The position numbers and the translations under genes are program-made. A DNA stretch of 64,000 nucleotides, taken from Fibrobacteria bacterium. Its GTDB lineage: Bacteria > Fibrobacterota > Fibrobacteria > UBA11236 > JADFYW01. Of this stretch, positions 42,780 to 52,468 are shown piece by piece; positions within the stretch are counted from its first letter, which is position 1, and the number at the start of each line of letters is the position of its first letter. The DNA lies in NCBI GenBank assembly GCA_050294405.1, contig JBNKOC010000016.1, positions 96,001 through 160,000 of the forward strand, written 5' to 3'. The notes under the pieces are model-generated. The model was not told the DNA's origin, ran no database searches, and saw nothing but the letters and a program-made list of their open reading frames with translations.

Positions 42780-44546
42780 GTGAACAAATCTGTCTGGATA
42801 GTCTTTATCCTGGTTTTACTGCGTGCAGGATGGTCAAAGCCCTGTGATGACATGGCTTGTGACATGGAAATGTTGCAAAAAATATTAGGCAGCTTGAATA
42901 CACAGGCGGCAGAAAATGGCAATCGCTATGAAAAGGGTTCAAAAAGAATTATTCGCCTTAATTTATCCCGCATGCAACTAAGGGCCCTACCAGAGGCGGT
43001 GGGAAATTTAACAGGTCTTGAAGAACTGGACCTTTCGGAAAATAAACTGGTAAAATTGCCTGGCAGTTTTGAAAACCTGGAAAACATAAAGCAGCTGGAT
43101 TTAAGTTACAATGAATTCACTCGCTTTCCCGAAGTTTTGATAAAATGTAAAGAGCTTAGCCAATTGAATCTTTACAAAAATAAAATCCATTACATACCCG
43201 ACAGCATTAAAAAACTAAAGAGGCTTAAAAGTTTAAATCTCAGTGGAAACGAACTTGTTTCGCTTCCTGAAAACATCGGCAAACTAAAATCATTAGAAGT
43301 ATTAGACCTCAATGAAAACAGGTTGCAAAGCCTTCCGGAAAAAATGGCGAAACTTAAGAACATAAAGGAATTGTATTTGCGCCAAAATGAGCTTCCCATA
43401 TTGCCAGACATATTTAAAAAAATGCGCAAACTGGAACGCCTGGATTTAGGCCGAAATTACCTTTCCAAACCCGAATCTTACCCTAAACATCTGTGGTCTT
43501 TGCCCAAACTCAATTGGCTGGGGCTTCGTGAAAATAGTCTGGGAAAATTACCGGGCAACATCAAGCTTTTACCTGCTTTGAATTCATTGGATTTAAGCGG
43601 AAATTTGCTAGACAGCCTGCCCCCCGCGGTTTCCAAAATTTCGGACTTGGAATACATCATCCTGGATTTGAACAAATTTGAACACTTTCCAGAGGGAATA
43701 ACCCAATCCAAGTCTTTAAAAATAATGTCTCTTAAAAAAAACAAATTGAGATACATAGACAAACATATTGGGGATTTAGGCCAATTGCGCCAATTGGATT
43801 TAAGCGAAAACAATCTGGAATCAGTGCCTCCGGAAATTGGAAAGCTTAAAATGCTGGAAAAGCTAAATTTAAAAATCAACGGCTTTGAAGTGTTGCCCGA
43901 CGAAATAGGCGGTTTGGAAAGCCTTGAAGAACTGGACGTATCCTTTAATCAATTGGAGACATTGCCTGGAGGCATAGCCAAGCTAAAAAATTTAAAACTG
44001 CTCGAATTGAGTTCGAATAAAATCAATACTTTGCCTGGGGAAATTGGGGGGCTGGAAGGTTTAGAAAAACTTTTGTTAAGGCAAAATTTGTTGGCAACAT
44101 TGCCCTCCAGTATTGGAAATTTGATTTCTTTAAAATACCTGGATTTAGGGGCTAATGAAATCACTTCCTTACCTGCCAGCATTGGAAACCTTTCTAACTT
44201 GCAACAGCTTTATTTGTATAAAAATTATTTAACTGGGCTCATCCGGGATTTTGGCTATCTGAGCAATTTACAATTTCTGGATATATCCAATAATTTGTTA
44301 CAAAGCCTTCCGGAAGAAATTGGCCAAATGGCCCAACTCACATGGATATATCTCAATAACAATCAATTGGAAAACTTACCCTCTGCCATTGTGAATTTAA
44401 CACCCTGGGATTATTTATCAGTGGATAACAATCGCCTATGTAAAATGACTCCAGGTCAGCTTAAATGGATGGCCGACTTTGCCAGCCCCCACAATTCCCA
44501 GTGGCGACTGACTCAAAACGGATGCAAAGAAGAAATTAAAAATTGA
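42780..44546 (+). CDS. Secreted leucine-rich-repeat protein (about 21-22 LRRs of 23 aa)
   Basis: Signal peptide, Cys-containing N-cap, LxxLxxLxLxxNxLxxLPxxIxx repeats, C-cap NNRLC..W..C. Confidence 0.92.
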   Translation: MNKSVWIVFILVLLRAGWSKPCDDMACDMEMLQKILGSLNTQAAENGNRYEKGSKRIIRLNLSRMQLRALPEAVGNLTGLEELDLSENKLVKLPGSFENLENIKQLDLSYNEFTRFPEVLIKCKELSQLNLYKNKIHYIPDSIKKLKRLKSLNLSGNELVSLPENIGKLKSLEVLDLNENRLQSLPEKMAKLKNIKELYLRQNELPILPDIFKKMRKLERLDLGRNYLSKPESYPKHLWSLPKLNWLGLRENSLGKLPGNIKLLPALNSLDLSGNLLDSLPPAVSKISDLEYIILDLNKFEHFPEGITQSKSLKIMSLKKNKLRYIDKHIGDLGQLRQLDLSENNLESVPPEIGKLKMLEKLNLKINGFEVLPDEIGGLESLEELDVSFNQLETLPGGIAKLKNLKLLELSSNKINTLPGEIGGLEGLEKLLLRQNLLATLPSSIGNLISLKYLDLGANEITSLPASIGNLSNLQQLYLYKNYLTGLIRDFGYLSNLQFLDISNNLLQSLPEEIGQMAQLTWIYLNNNQLENLPSAIVNLTPWDYLSVDNNRLCKMTPGQLKWMADFASPHNSQWRLTQNGCKEEIKN

Positions 44547-46146
44547 GTTGGGTGGTGGTTCCCAATTCATAACCGGAGAATTTGTCTACTCCAAAATCTT
44601 TGTTGTAAAAGCTGAAATAAAGATCTGCGGAAAAGATTTTATAAAACCCGGCCCCAAACCCGAAGTTAAAACTGAACCAATCCACCGTGGTGCCAAATTC
44701 AGGCTGGTGGTTGCTTGGGGTAGTGTAATCTCTGTTTCCCAGGTTTACAGTATATCTGTCGTAATACTCGAACTGATAGGGGTGAAAGCTGTTGATAAGG
44801 GAGTTTTCTTCACCTGTGCTAAAACTGCCCCTTAAGTAAATTTCCAAAAACTCAGGCACATTCCACTGAGGGATGTTGTGCAGGTTTCCCTGAGCCCCCA
44901 CTAATATGCGGTTGTAGAATTTGTTTTTATCTTCTTCGCCTTCGTAGCTGATGGTATGCATTTCCCATTCGGCAAAAACATCTGTATAGTCAAAAATTTG
45001 AATGTAACCACCCAGACCAAAATTAATGCCCGAATAAAACCATTCGTGAGTGGTGCCGTCCCCGTTCCAGAAGGGATCAAATATGTTGTCGGGGTCGTTG
45101 CAAACAGTCCCGGTTACGCAATCCACACCTTTGCTGTAAGGGTCTTGTTTATCATCACCATGACGGTAGCGTTTTGCTTTGCGGTTCCACTGTTCAATTA
45201 ACAGGGAAGGCCAGTATTTTAACCCGTGATTGGTCAAGTAATAGGTGGATTTCCAACGGAAGTCATGGCCAGAGTGCCAAATGGGGTTGTACTGGTATTC
45301 ATTGCCGTTTACATTGTTAACATTCTGCTTCCAGGTGCCGATTTGGTTCATTTTGTAAAAATTTAAACTGATGTTACTTAGAAGGGGTAGTATGGAAGTA
45401 TCGCCTACGTCAAAATGCATACCCCAGTTGGGAAATTCCACATCCCCGATACGCTCCCAGGTTTTGGGGTTTTCGCTGGCACTGTTTAGAGTGTCCAAAG
45501 AAGCTGCCGCTCCGTAATGTATGCCAAAGCGAACTGTGGGATGAAATTGGCTGCCCATGCTCACATCGAATTTGGGTACATTTAATAAAAAGCGTTTATT
45601 GCCCAAAGAATCGTTGGCTTCTCCCATCATGGCATGGAGGGAAAGCCCCATTTGGAAATATTTTGATTTGGAGCCCCAGGCTAAATCCATGCCACCTGAG
45701 CGAAGTACCAGGTGGTTGTCATTGCCGCCTTCGGCCACTTCATCGGATATGTTTCGGTAATAAAAACGCGAGCTTAATATGTCGGGAATAGTAAAACCAA
45801 ACATGGGCAGAATAATATTATTGCTGTTAAAAGTAACATCGTTATCGGAATCTGTTTCCGATGTGCCAAGATAACGCAGGCCCAAGTGAACGCCCCCTTT
45901 TTCTCTTTCTATTAATCCTAAGGGAGAGCCATTGTGATCAAAGGCGTTGTAAAGGGATGGTTCCACAAAGCGCGGAGCTCCCAAGCTTAAATTTCTGTCG
46001 GAAATATCCTGCTTGGCTGCCATGTTAGGGGTGGTTCCGGTTAAAATAGGCCGGGGGGCCACAGAGTTGGATTGCCCTAAAATGTTTATTGCAAAAAGGC
46101 TGCCCACAAGCAAAGAAGCAGCCTTAAAGGTGCGTTTATTTTTCAT
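44536..46146 (-). CDS. Probable outer-membrane beta-barrel protein
   Basis: Signal peptide from ATG 46146 (MKNKRTFKAASLLVGSLFA). Aromatic amphipathic strands and terminal Phe. Confidence 0.6.
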   Translation of the reverse strand: MKNKRTFKAASLLVGSLFAINILGQSNSVAPRPILTGTTPNMAAKQDISDRNLSLGAPRFVEPSLYNAFDHNGSPLGLIEREKGGVHLGLRYLGTSETDSDNDVTFNSNNIILPMFGFTIPDILSSRFYYRNISDEVAEGGNDNHLVLRSGGMDLAWGSKSKYFQMGLSLHAMMGEANDSLGNKRFLLNVPKFDVSMGSQFHPTVRFGIHYGAAASLDTLNSASENPKTWERIGDVEFPNWGMHFDVGDTSILPLLSNISLNFYKMNQIGTWKQNVNNVNGNEYQYNPIWHSGHDFRWKSTYYLTNHGLKYWPSLLIEQWNRKAKRYRHGDDKQDPYSKGVDCVTGTVCNDPDNIFDPFWNGDGTTHEWFYSGINFGLGGYIQIFDYTDVFAEWEMHTISYEGEEDKNKFYNRILVGAQGNLHNIPQWNVPEFLEIYLRGSFSTGEENSLINSFHPYQFEYYDRYTVNLGNRDYTTPSNHQPEFGTTVDWFSFNFGFGAGFYKIFSADLYFSFYNKDFGVDKFSGYELGTTTQLNF

Positions 46147-46300
46147 GAATTTTACCCATTCTTCCCTTTCCGAGCTTGAAAATACAAAGTTCTCCGGGAT
46201 TGCGGAAAACATTTCTTTGCCAATATTGGTTTTTATGGGCCGTTTTTTTCCCATTATTTTTTAATTTATTTGGGTCTTTGAGTTTTGTTTTAATAAGGAA

Positions 46301-47056
46301 GTGTCCCACATGTTAAAAAAAGCAGCCTTTCTATTTCTTTTTGTATTCAGTTTGTCTGCCTTCCCTAATTTTACCGAGGGAACCATCAAGATGAATATGA
46401 AAACCGCTCAGGGAGATGGAAACATTGATTTGAAAATTTCCAAAGAGGCGGTGTTGAGTATTGTTAACATGGGGTTAGGACAGCTCCGTATGGAAATGGA
46501 GTTTCTTATTAAAATGGACGAGCTGTCTAAAATAATCCAAATAGATAGAGGCATGAAAACCTACCGTGTTATTGAAACTCCTGAAAGCGGAGCAGGGGAG
46601 GACCCTGGTCAAATGGAAGTTAAAAAGTTGGGGACGAAAAAAATATTGGGATACGACTGCAATCATATTTCCGTAACGGGGAAGGGTTTTAAGTCCGAGT
46701 TGTGGGTTTCCAAAGATATTGATTTGTACGGCACTCTTAAAAAAATCCAGGCTTTAAATAAATCCAGTTCCAACCAACAGGCTATTTTTAAGGCCCTTGA
46801 GGATAAAAAGCTCGAAGGTTTCCCATTAAAAATGTGGTGGCAGGACAATCAGGGCCAAAAAGTAGATTTTTCTGTCACCGAAATTAAAAAGGAAAAACAT
46901 CCGTCTTCTCTTTTTGAAATACCCAAGGACTTTAAAAAAACAGAAAACAACCCTGTAATGAGCCCCCAGAATATCCAGAATTTAAAACAGATGTTTGAAA
47001 ACCTAAGTCCCGAACAGCAAGAGGCCATTCGCAAAATGATGCAGGGTCAAAACTGA
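46301..47056 (+). CDS. DUF4412-like exported protein
   Basis: Signal peptide, 'K.G.KKILGYDC', 'ELWV', 'GFPLK', 'F.IP.DF'. Confidence 0.75.
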   Translation: MSHMLKKAAFLFLFVFSLSAFPNFTEGTIKMNMKTAQGDGNIDLKISKEAVLSIVNMGLGQLRMEMEFLIKMDELSKIIQIDRGMKTYRVIETPESGAGEDPGQMEVKKLGTKKILGYDCNHISVTGKGFKSELWVSKDIDLYGTLKKIQALNKSSSNQQAIFKALEDKKLEGFPLKMWWQDNQGQKVDFSVTEIKKEKHPSSLFEIPKDFKKTENNPVMSPQNIQNLKQMFENLSPEQQEAIRKMMQGQN

Positions 47057-47143
47057 TTTCAGAATTTCATCCAGGAGCCCCATTTTTCCGGGGCTTGCCC
47101 GATAAAAGTACCGCGCATTTTTATAAACCCGGCTCCGCCTGGC

Positions 47144-47172
47144 TTGAAGCCTTTCCAGGAAAATATTACATT
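47144..47172 (+). promoter_or_regulatory. Sigma70-type promoter for rpsF operon
   Basis: TTGAAG-17 nt-TACATT, with the same -10 as the tRNA-Val promoter. Confidence 0.55.
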
Positions 47173-47183
47173 CGGGCCTCAAC

Positions 47184-47226
47184 AAATCCTGCTTCATTGT
47201 AGAGGCCATTTGTCCACAGGAGGTTT
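47184..47226 (+). promoter_or_regulatory. rpsF leader (S6:S18-binding autoregulatory RNA)
   Basis: AAATCCT-GCTTC-ATTGTA-GAGGC-CA-TTTGT-CCA-CAGGAGG. The outer stem sequesters the SD and the inner hairpin is followed by CCR, matching the known rpsF leader layout. Confidence 0.7.
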
Positions 47227-47229
47227 ATT

Positions 47230-47583
47230 TTGGCACGTTTGTATGAAACAGTGGTGATAGTCGACGCCATGATTCCCGACGAAGCGGTAGAATCAGAATT
47301 CGATGCGATTAAAGCAAAATTAGAATCCAACGGGAAGTTTATTAAGCTCGACCGCTGGGGACGCAGAAAATTAGCTTATGAAATTCATGGTCGTACCCAT
47401 GGTGATTATGGCGTTTTCTATTACGAATCCGAAAGCGAAATTCCAGGTGAACTGGAAAAGGGTTTTCGCATTAACGAAAATATTTTGCGCTGGCTTACCA
47501 TAGCTGACTTCCCAGGCGGAGTACCCGCAGATAAAAAGGAAGAAACTGAAGAAAAAGCAGAAGAAAAAGAGGTGGTAGCATGA
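47230..47583 (+). CDS. rpsF: 30S ribosomal protein S6
   Basis: [21 protein letters not shown]. Confidence 0.97.
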   Translation: MARLYETVVIVDAMIPDEAVESEFDAIKAKLESNGKFIKLDRWGRRKLAYEIHGRTHGDYGVFYYESESEIPGELEKGFRINENILRWLTIADFPGGVPADKKEETEEKAEEKEVVA

Positions 47584-47855
47584 GTGCAGAAAGATATGGT
47601 CGCGGCAACAAAATGGACGACAGGAATGCCGAAAAGTCCAAAAAGAAAAAAGTTTGCTGGTTTACCGAGAATAAAGTCAAATATATCGATTACAAAGATG
47701 AAAAACTTTTGCGTCGTTTTATCAATGAACGCGGCAAAATCATTCCTCGTCGTATATCAGGCACTAGCGCTAAATACCAGCGTCAATTGGCCCAGGCCAT
47801 AAAACGCGCCCGCTATTTAGCCATTTTGCCTTATATTGCCACTAATATGAAATAA
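47580..47855 (+). CDS. rpsR: 30S ribosomal protein S18
   Basis: [36 protein letters not shown]. Confidence 0.98.
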   Translation: MSAERYGRGNKMDDRNAEKSKKKKVCWFTENKVKYIDYKDEKLLRRFINERGKIIPRRISGTSAKYQRQLAQAIKRARYLAILPYIATNMK

Positions 47856-47910
47856 TGGATAGGGAGCCTTTTTTCTGGCTTTAATCACAAACATTCTAGC
47901 CGTATGCCTG

Positions 47911-48780
47911 ATGGGAATCGTGTATTACGGCTATTTTCCGGCGCTTTTTTTAAGCCTCAAACAAAATAAAATTTTGGTTTGGGGCTTTTTACTTTTGGGA
48001 AATACCGCCCTTTGCCTGAGCAGTGTATCTCAATTGGGACAACCCAGCGGCTTTCTCTCCATTTTTTTGTTCACCACATTTCTAGGGCCCGCACTGGTTT
48101 TATTTTACGGTATTCGCAAAAACTGGCCTGTGATGCAAATTTTTTACGCCTGTCATGTGCCGGTTCTTTTCGCCTGGGCTTATTATTTATTTTTTCCACT
48201 GCCTATCGAATCCATAAACATCATTCTCGACCCCATATTTGAAACCATGGGAGATCCGGCTAAGGGACAAGTGAGTAATCTAAAAGCTACCCGGGAAACT
48301 TTAACGGCTGTTTTTAGCAATTTAATGGCAAACTTTTGGTATTTGGATTTGTCCGCCCGTTTGATTGTGGCCGGTTTTGTACTTCGCAAAATTCAGCAAA
48401 GCCGTGGGCTTGCTTTGGAAATGCCCTCTGTGAGCCAGCTTGAATTTGAGGATTGGACAATTTGGCCTGTAATCGGGGCCTTATTGGGCCTTGCCACTTC
48501 ACTTTATGTTTGGGATGGGCCAAATGAAGGGCTGTATTGGCTGAGTACTGCCCTGTTGCTGATTATTTCCCCCGTGTTTTTTCTGAGGGGATTAGGCGTG
48601 ATTTTAACTAAAATCCGTGCAAAAAAGAAAGATAAATGGCCAGCCTATTTAAAATTTTTGCTAATTCTATTAATTTTCTGGGCCTGGCCGCATTTAATGC
48701 TAATTGCGGTGTTAGTAGGAGTTTTTGATGTTTGGTTTGATTTTAAAGCCAAACCAAGTAAACCTTTGATTAAGAGATAA
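47911..48780 (+). CDS. DUF2232/YybS-like membrane protein (true start probably upstream)
   Basis: Polytopic membrane protein ending 'GVFDVWFDF', in the conserved position between rpsR and rplI. Confidence 0.75.
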   Translation: MGIVYYGYFPALFLSLKQNKILVWGFLLLGNTALCLSSVSQLGQPSGFLSIFLFTTFLGPALVLFYGIRKNWPVMQIFYACHVPVLFAWAYYLFFPLPIESINIILDPIFETMGDPAKGQVSNLKATRETLTAVFSNLMANFWYLDLSARLIVAGFVLRKIQQSRGLALEMPSVSQLEFEDWTIWPVIGALLGLATSLYVWDGPNEGLYWLSTALLLIISPVFFLRGLGVILTKIRAKKKDKWPAYLKFLLILLIFWAWPHLMLIAVLVGVFDVWFDFKAKPSKPLIKR

Positions 48781-48782
48781 TT

Positions 48783-49250
48783 ATGGAAGTTATTTTAAAA
48801 TCCAATGTTAAGGGCCTGGGAAAAGCCCTGGACCTGGTAAAAGTTAAAGATGGGTACGCCCAGAATTTTTTGTTTCCCCGTCAATTGGCATCTTTGGCAA
48901 CTTCACACAACAAAGAAATTTTAGAAAAAGACAGGGCTGCAGCTGAACAGTTTTATTTGAAAGAGAAAAAAGCTGCGGAAACTTTGGCCGAAAAGTTAAA
49001 AGAAGCATCAATTACTTTTGCTGCTAAAGTAATTGAAGAAGACAAAATATTCGGAAGTGTTGGAGCTAAGGAAATTGCCGCCAAATTAAAAGAAGCCGGC
49101 TTTGAAATTGATAGAAAGCAAATTCAAATCAGCGAAGCTTTTAAAACCCTTGGCATGTACAATGTTAGTGTTTTATTGCCTCCCGATGTTGAAGTTAGCG
49201 TTAAACTGTGGATTATTGCAGACGAATCTGACAAAGGTTCCAAATCTTAA
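48783..49250 (+). CDS. rplI: 50S ribosomal protein L9
   Basis: MEVIL..V.GLG....V.VKDGYA.NFL.P, IFGSV. Confidence 0.98.
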   Translation: MEVILKSNVKGLGKALDLVKVKDGYAQNFLFPRQLASLATSHNKEILEKDRAAAEQFYLKEKKAAETLAEKLKEASITFAAKVIEEDKIFGSVGAKEIAAKLKEAGFEIDRKQIQISEAFKTLGMYNVSVLLPPDVEVSVKLWIIADESDKGSKS

Positions 49251-49268
49251 TTTCAATAGTTTTTTAGC

Positions 49269-50060
49269 TTGAGCACAAAAATAATTGTTATGGGCGCCGC
49301 CGGCCGTATGGGCCGGATGATTTTAAATTCCTGCGGGCAAACCCCGGGAGTTGAAGTCATTGGATGTATCGAATCCTCCTCTTCTCCCAATCTAGGCTCA
49401 AACATCGAGGTTGCAGGAAAGCCTTTGATCATCAGTGATGATTTAGCCGCAGTAGCTGAAAAGGGCGCGGTTATTATTGATTTTACCGCTCCAGAGGCTA
49501 CCATAAAGCACATTGGTATTGCCCAAGAGGCGGGAGCCAAAATTGTAATTGGCACTACTGGTTTTTCCGAAGATCAATTGGCGGTTATCCAAAAAGCCTC
49601 TGAAAATATGGCCATTGTTTTATCTCCCAATATGAGTCTTGGAGTGAACCTCAGCTTTAAAATAAGCGAAATGGTGGCTAAGGTATTGGGAACTGATTAC
49701 GATGTGGAAATTGTGGAAGCTCACCACCATCACAAAAAAGACGCTCCCAGCGGAACAGCTCTGGGTTTGGCAAAGGCTGTGGCCAAGGGCCACGATGTAA
49801 ATCTGAGTTCCGTTGCCAATTATGGCCGGGAGGGTTTAGTGGGCGCTCGACCCAAAGGCGAAATAGGAATTCACGCGGTGCGCGGAGGCGATATAGTGGG
49901 CGATCACACTGTGCTCTTTGCTGGCGACGGTGAAAGAATTGAAATAAAACACATGGCCCATAGCAGAAGTACTTTTGCCAATGGGGCGGTTAAGGCAGGG
50001 GTTTTTCTTTCTACCAAATCTTCTGGTTTTTACACTATGTTTGATGTTTTGGGTCTTTGA
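49269..50060 (+). CDS. dapB: 4-hydroxy-tetrahydrodipicolinate reductase
   Basis: GAAGRMG, IDFT, IGTTG, EAHHHHKKDAPSGTA, RGGDIVGDH. Confidence 0.97.
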   Translation: MSTKIIVMGAAGRMGRMILNSCGQTPGVEVIGCIESSSSPNLGSNIEVAGKPLIISDDLAAVAEKGAVIIDFTAPEATIKHIGIAQEAGAKIVIGTTGFSEDQLAVIQKASENMAIVLSPNMSLGVNLSFKISEMVAKVLGTDYDVEIVEAHHHHKKDAPSGTALGLAKAVAKGHDVNLSSVANYGREGLVGARPKGEIGIHAVRGGDIVGDHTVLFAGDGERIEIKHMAHSRSTFANGAVKAGVFLSTKSSGFYTMFDVLGL

Positions 50061-50145
50061 ATTTTTTCCCTTCCAAAAGCCCTAATTTAGCGCATATAGT
50101 TGGTTTTGAAGGCCAAGACTTGTATATTCCTAAACTTAAAGGACC

Positions 50146-51618
50146 ATGGATTTCATGCTGAAAAATAAGTTAAGCCACTGTTTTCTTTTTGTTGTTTGTA
50201 TTTGGGCATTCACCCCAATTTTAAATGGGCAAGAATTAATTCCCGCTCCCTTTGGCGAAGATTCTGGCAGCGACAGCGTTTCCCAGGAAACTCAGGCTGG
50301 AGAAGAAAAAAAGGAAGAAAAAAGCACTGAGAAACAAGACAGCGCAAGCCAAAAAGTAGCCGAGCCCAAAGAAGAGAAAGAAGAAGAAAAGCAAGATACC
50401 GTGCAAACATCAGCATCCGATGCTGTTGACTCTGTTAAAGTTTCAGAACCATTGCCTAAGGATACAGCTGCAGCTACCAGTTCTGATACAAGCAAGGTGG
50501 ACAGTTGGGAAACGGCCATGGACAGCACTGTTGTAGATAGCAATGTTATTGCCGCTCCTTTTGATTCGGTCCAACAGGCAGATAAAGATACCTTGGATGC
50601 CGATTCCACGCTTGCCAAACAGCCAGATAGCCTGCCAGCAAAAAAAGACAGCCTTATTATTCCACCGGTGGAAACTGTAAAACCAAAGGCAGAGCCCAAG
50701 CCTAAAAAGCGCGAGCTTGCTGTGAGGTCCTCACAGGTAAACACCATAGATGACATGAAGGGAAGATATAAATCTCCCAAAAAGGCTTTGTTTATGTCGC
50801 TGGTTCTGCCGGGGTTGGGGCAAGCCTATGTGGGCAGCTATTGGCGCGCGGGTATGTATGTGGCCATTGAAACAGGTCTTGCCTTAGGCTGGAGGCATTA
50901 TGTAGTTACATTGCACGACAGGCAAGTTAAAAAATATGAAAAATACGCTGATGAACATTGGAGCCATGGCCGCTACGAAGATTATTACGGAGACTTGTCT
51001 TTGCAAAATCCTTTTGACGGGAATCCAGAAGAAATGAAAAATGTAGCCCCTACTCGCGAGGAGTTTTGCCGGGCGGTGTTTGCAGAAGATACCCGAGCCA
51101 CCAGCGCTTTTCAAACATGTATAGATTTTGGACCTTATCAACCTGACGAGGCCTATGATCTTTTTGCCTTTTATGAAGAAAGCCGATACGAGCGTTATGA
51201 TGACAGCGATCCTCTTTCCGCGGATTCCATAGGAATTTATCGTCGGGAAAACTTTCAAAACATACATGCTTTTTATGAGCTTCTTGGCAAACACAACGAG
51301 TACCTGCCTGGCTGGGATGATGCGGAAAATATTATATATACAGATACATCCATTGTGGGAGAAAGTGAAAATCGAGATACCTACCGCAAAATGAGGAACC
51401 GGGCCACGGAATATTCCCGTATGCAGGCTGGTTTTTTAGGAGCAATGGTTATCAATCACTTAGTGAGTGCGTTGGATGCGGCTTTAACGGCTCGCTTTCA
51501 CAACAAAAAACTCTACGAAACAGAAGTCCGCTGGTGGGACAGAGTTCGTCTGGACAGTTTTGTAGCCTTTGAAGGTTGGTATCCAAAATCCTTTATTCAG
51601 GCCAGTTTGCCATTTTAA
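50146..51618 (+). CDS. Exported protein with acidic disordered N-terminus and DUF5683-like domain
   Basis: KSPKKALFMSLVLPGLGQAY motif and 'NHLVSALDA'. Confidence 0.65.
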   Translation: MDFMLKNKLSHCFLFVVCIWAFTPILNGQELIPAPFGEDSGSDSVSQETQAGEEKKEEKSTEKQDSASQKVAEPKEEKEEEKQDTVQTSASDAVDSVKVSEPLPKDTAAATSSDTSKVDSWETAMDSTVVDSNVIAAPFDSVQQADKDTLDADSTLAKQPDSLPAKKDSLIIPPVETVKPKAEPKPKKRELAVRSSQVNTIDDMKGRYKSPKKALFMSLVLPGLGQAYVGSYWRAGMYVAIETGLALGWRHYVVTLHDRQVKKYEKYADEHWSHGRYEDYYGDLSLQNPFDGNPEEMKNVAPTREEFCRAVFAEDTRATSAFQTCIDFGPYQPDEAYDLFAFYEESRYERYDDSDPLSADSIGIYRRENFQNIHAFYELLGKHNEYLPGWDDAENIIYTDTSIVGESENRDTYRKMRNRATEYSRMQAGFLGAMVINHLVSALDAALTARFHNKKLYETEVRWWDRVRLDSFVAFEGWYPKSFIQASLPF

Positions 51619-51645
51619 TTTTTTGCTATACATGATATCCACAAT

Positions 51646-52458
51646 ATGAATTCGGGTTTATTAAAAGGGCTCCTTTTGGTTTTTTACCTTGCTCTGGGAG
51701 CCTGGGCCCAGCCCAGTTTCGAAGATGACTTTGTAGTGGAAATTGATACAGCCCAATCTAAGAATGTGGGTAAGTCCCTAACATTGGCTCTGGGTCTTTC
51801 TGCCCTGGTCCCTGGTTCCGGTGAATTTTATCTGGAAGAAAAAAAAGCATCCAAAATATTTTTCTTAACAGAAGTGGGAATGTGGGGGGCGCTTTGGTTT
51901 TCATATTTGGCCAGGGAATCTTATTTGCAATCCGCCAGGAATTACGCCAGAGAATATGCGGGACTAAAAAAAACAGATGCAGATGCTGATTTTTTAAGTG
52001 TTCTAACAAAATATCGCTCCTATCAGGAAATACATCATTGCAAGTGCAGCTATGAACACGATCAAATTTTATCGGGTAAAAGGGATGGCGACTATGATAT
52101 TCCCGCTACAGAGGAAAATTACTGGAATTTTGGCTCTGCGGCAGTTCCTGAAAATACGGAAAACTGGAAGACCTTTATCCACACCACCAAAGCCTATGGG
52201 AGGGCTAAAGTGGCTGTAACCTGGGCAGTGGGAGGGTTATTATTGGGAAGATTAGCATCGCTAATAAATACCCTGCATGTTTACAGAACCACTTCTGTTA
52301 AGGGATTGGCCGAAGGCAACAACAATTTATCCAATGAGGGCGATAGCCTAATTGCAAACGACAACAACTCAAAAAATCAAAGTCCAAGATCAAGCTGGAG
52401 TCTGGCTCCCATGTATCTGGAAGATGGTTTAGGCGCATTAGCGGTATTTAAATTTTAA
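51646..52458 (+). CDS. DUF5683-like membrane/exported protein (paralogue of upstream gene)
   Basis: LSALVPGSGEFY motif and same overall layout as the upstream gene. Confidence 0.6.
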   Translation: MNSGLLKGLLLVFYLALGAWAQPSFEDDFVVEIDTAQSKNVGKSLTLALGLSALVPGSGEFYLEEKKASKIFFLTEVGMWGALWFSYLARESYLQSARNYAREYAGLKKTDADADFLSVLTKYRSYQEIHHCKCSYEHDQILSGKRDGDYDIPATEENYWNFGSAAVPENTENWKTFIHTTKAYGRAKVAVTWAVGGLLLGRLASLINTLHVYRTTSVKGLAEGNNNLSNEGDSLIANDNNSKNQSPRSSWSLAPMYLEDGLGALAVFKF

Positions 52459-52468
52459 CCTCGGTTCA

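Noticed and set aside
42950..44440. Periodic DNA similarity suggesting a repeat array
   Set aside because: Explained by 69-bp LRR coding periodicity. There are no identical repeats with unique spacers, so it is not CRISPR.
46147..46254. Longer start for the outer-membrane protein
   Set aside because: The signal peptide begins at ATG 46146. The upstream stretch is probably divergent promoter DNA.
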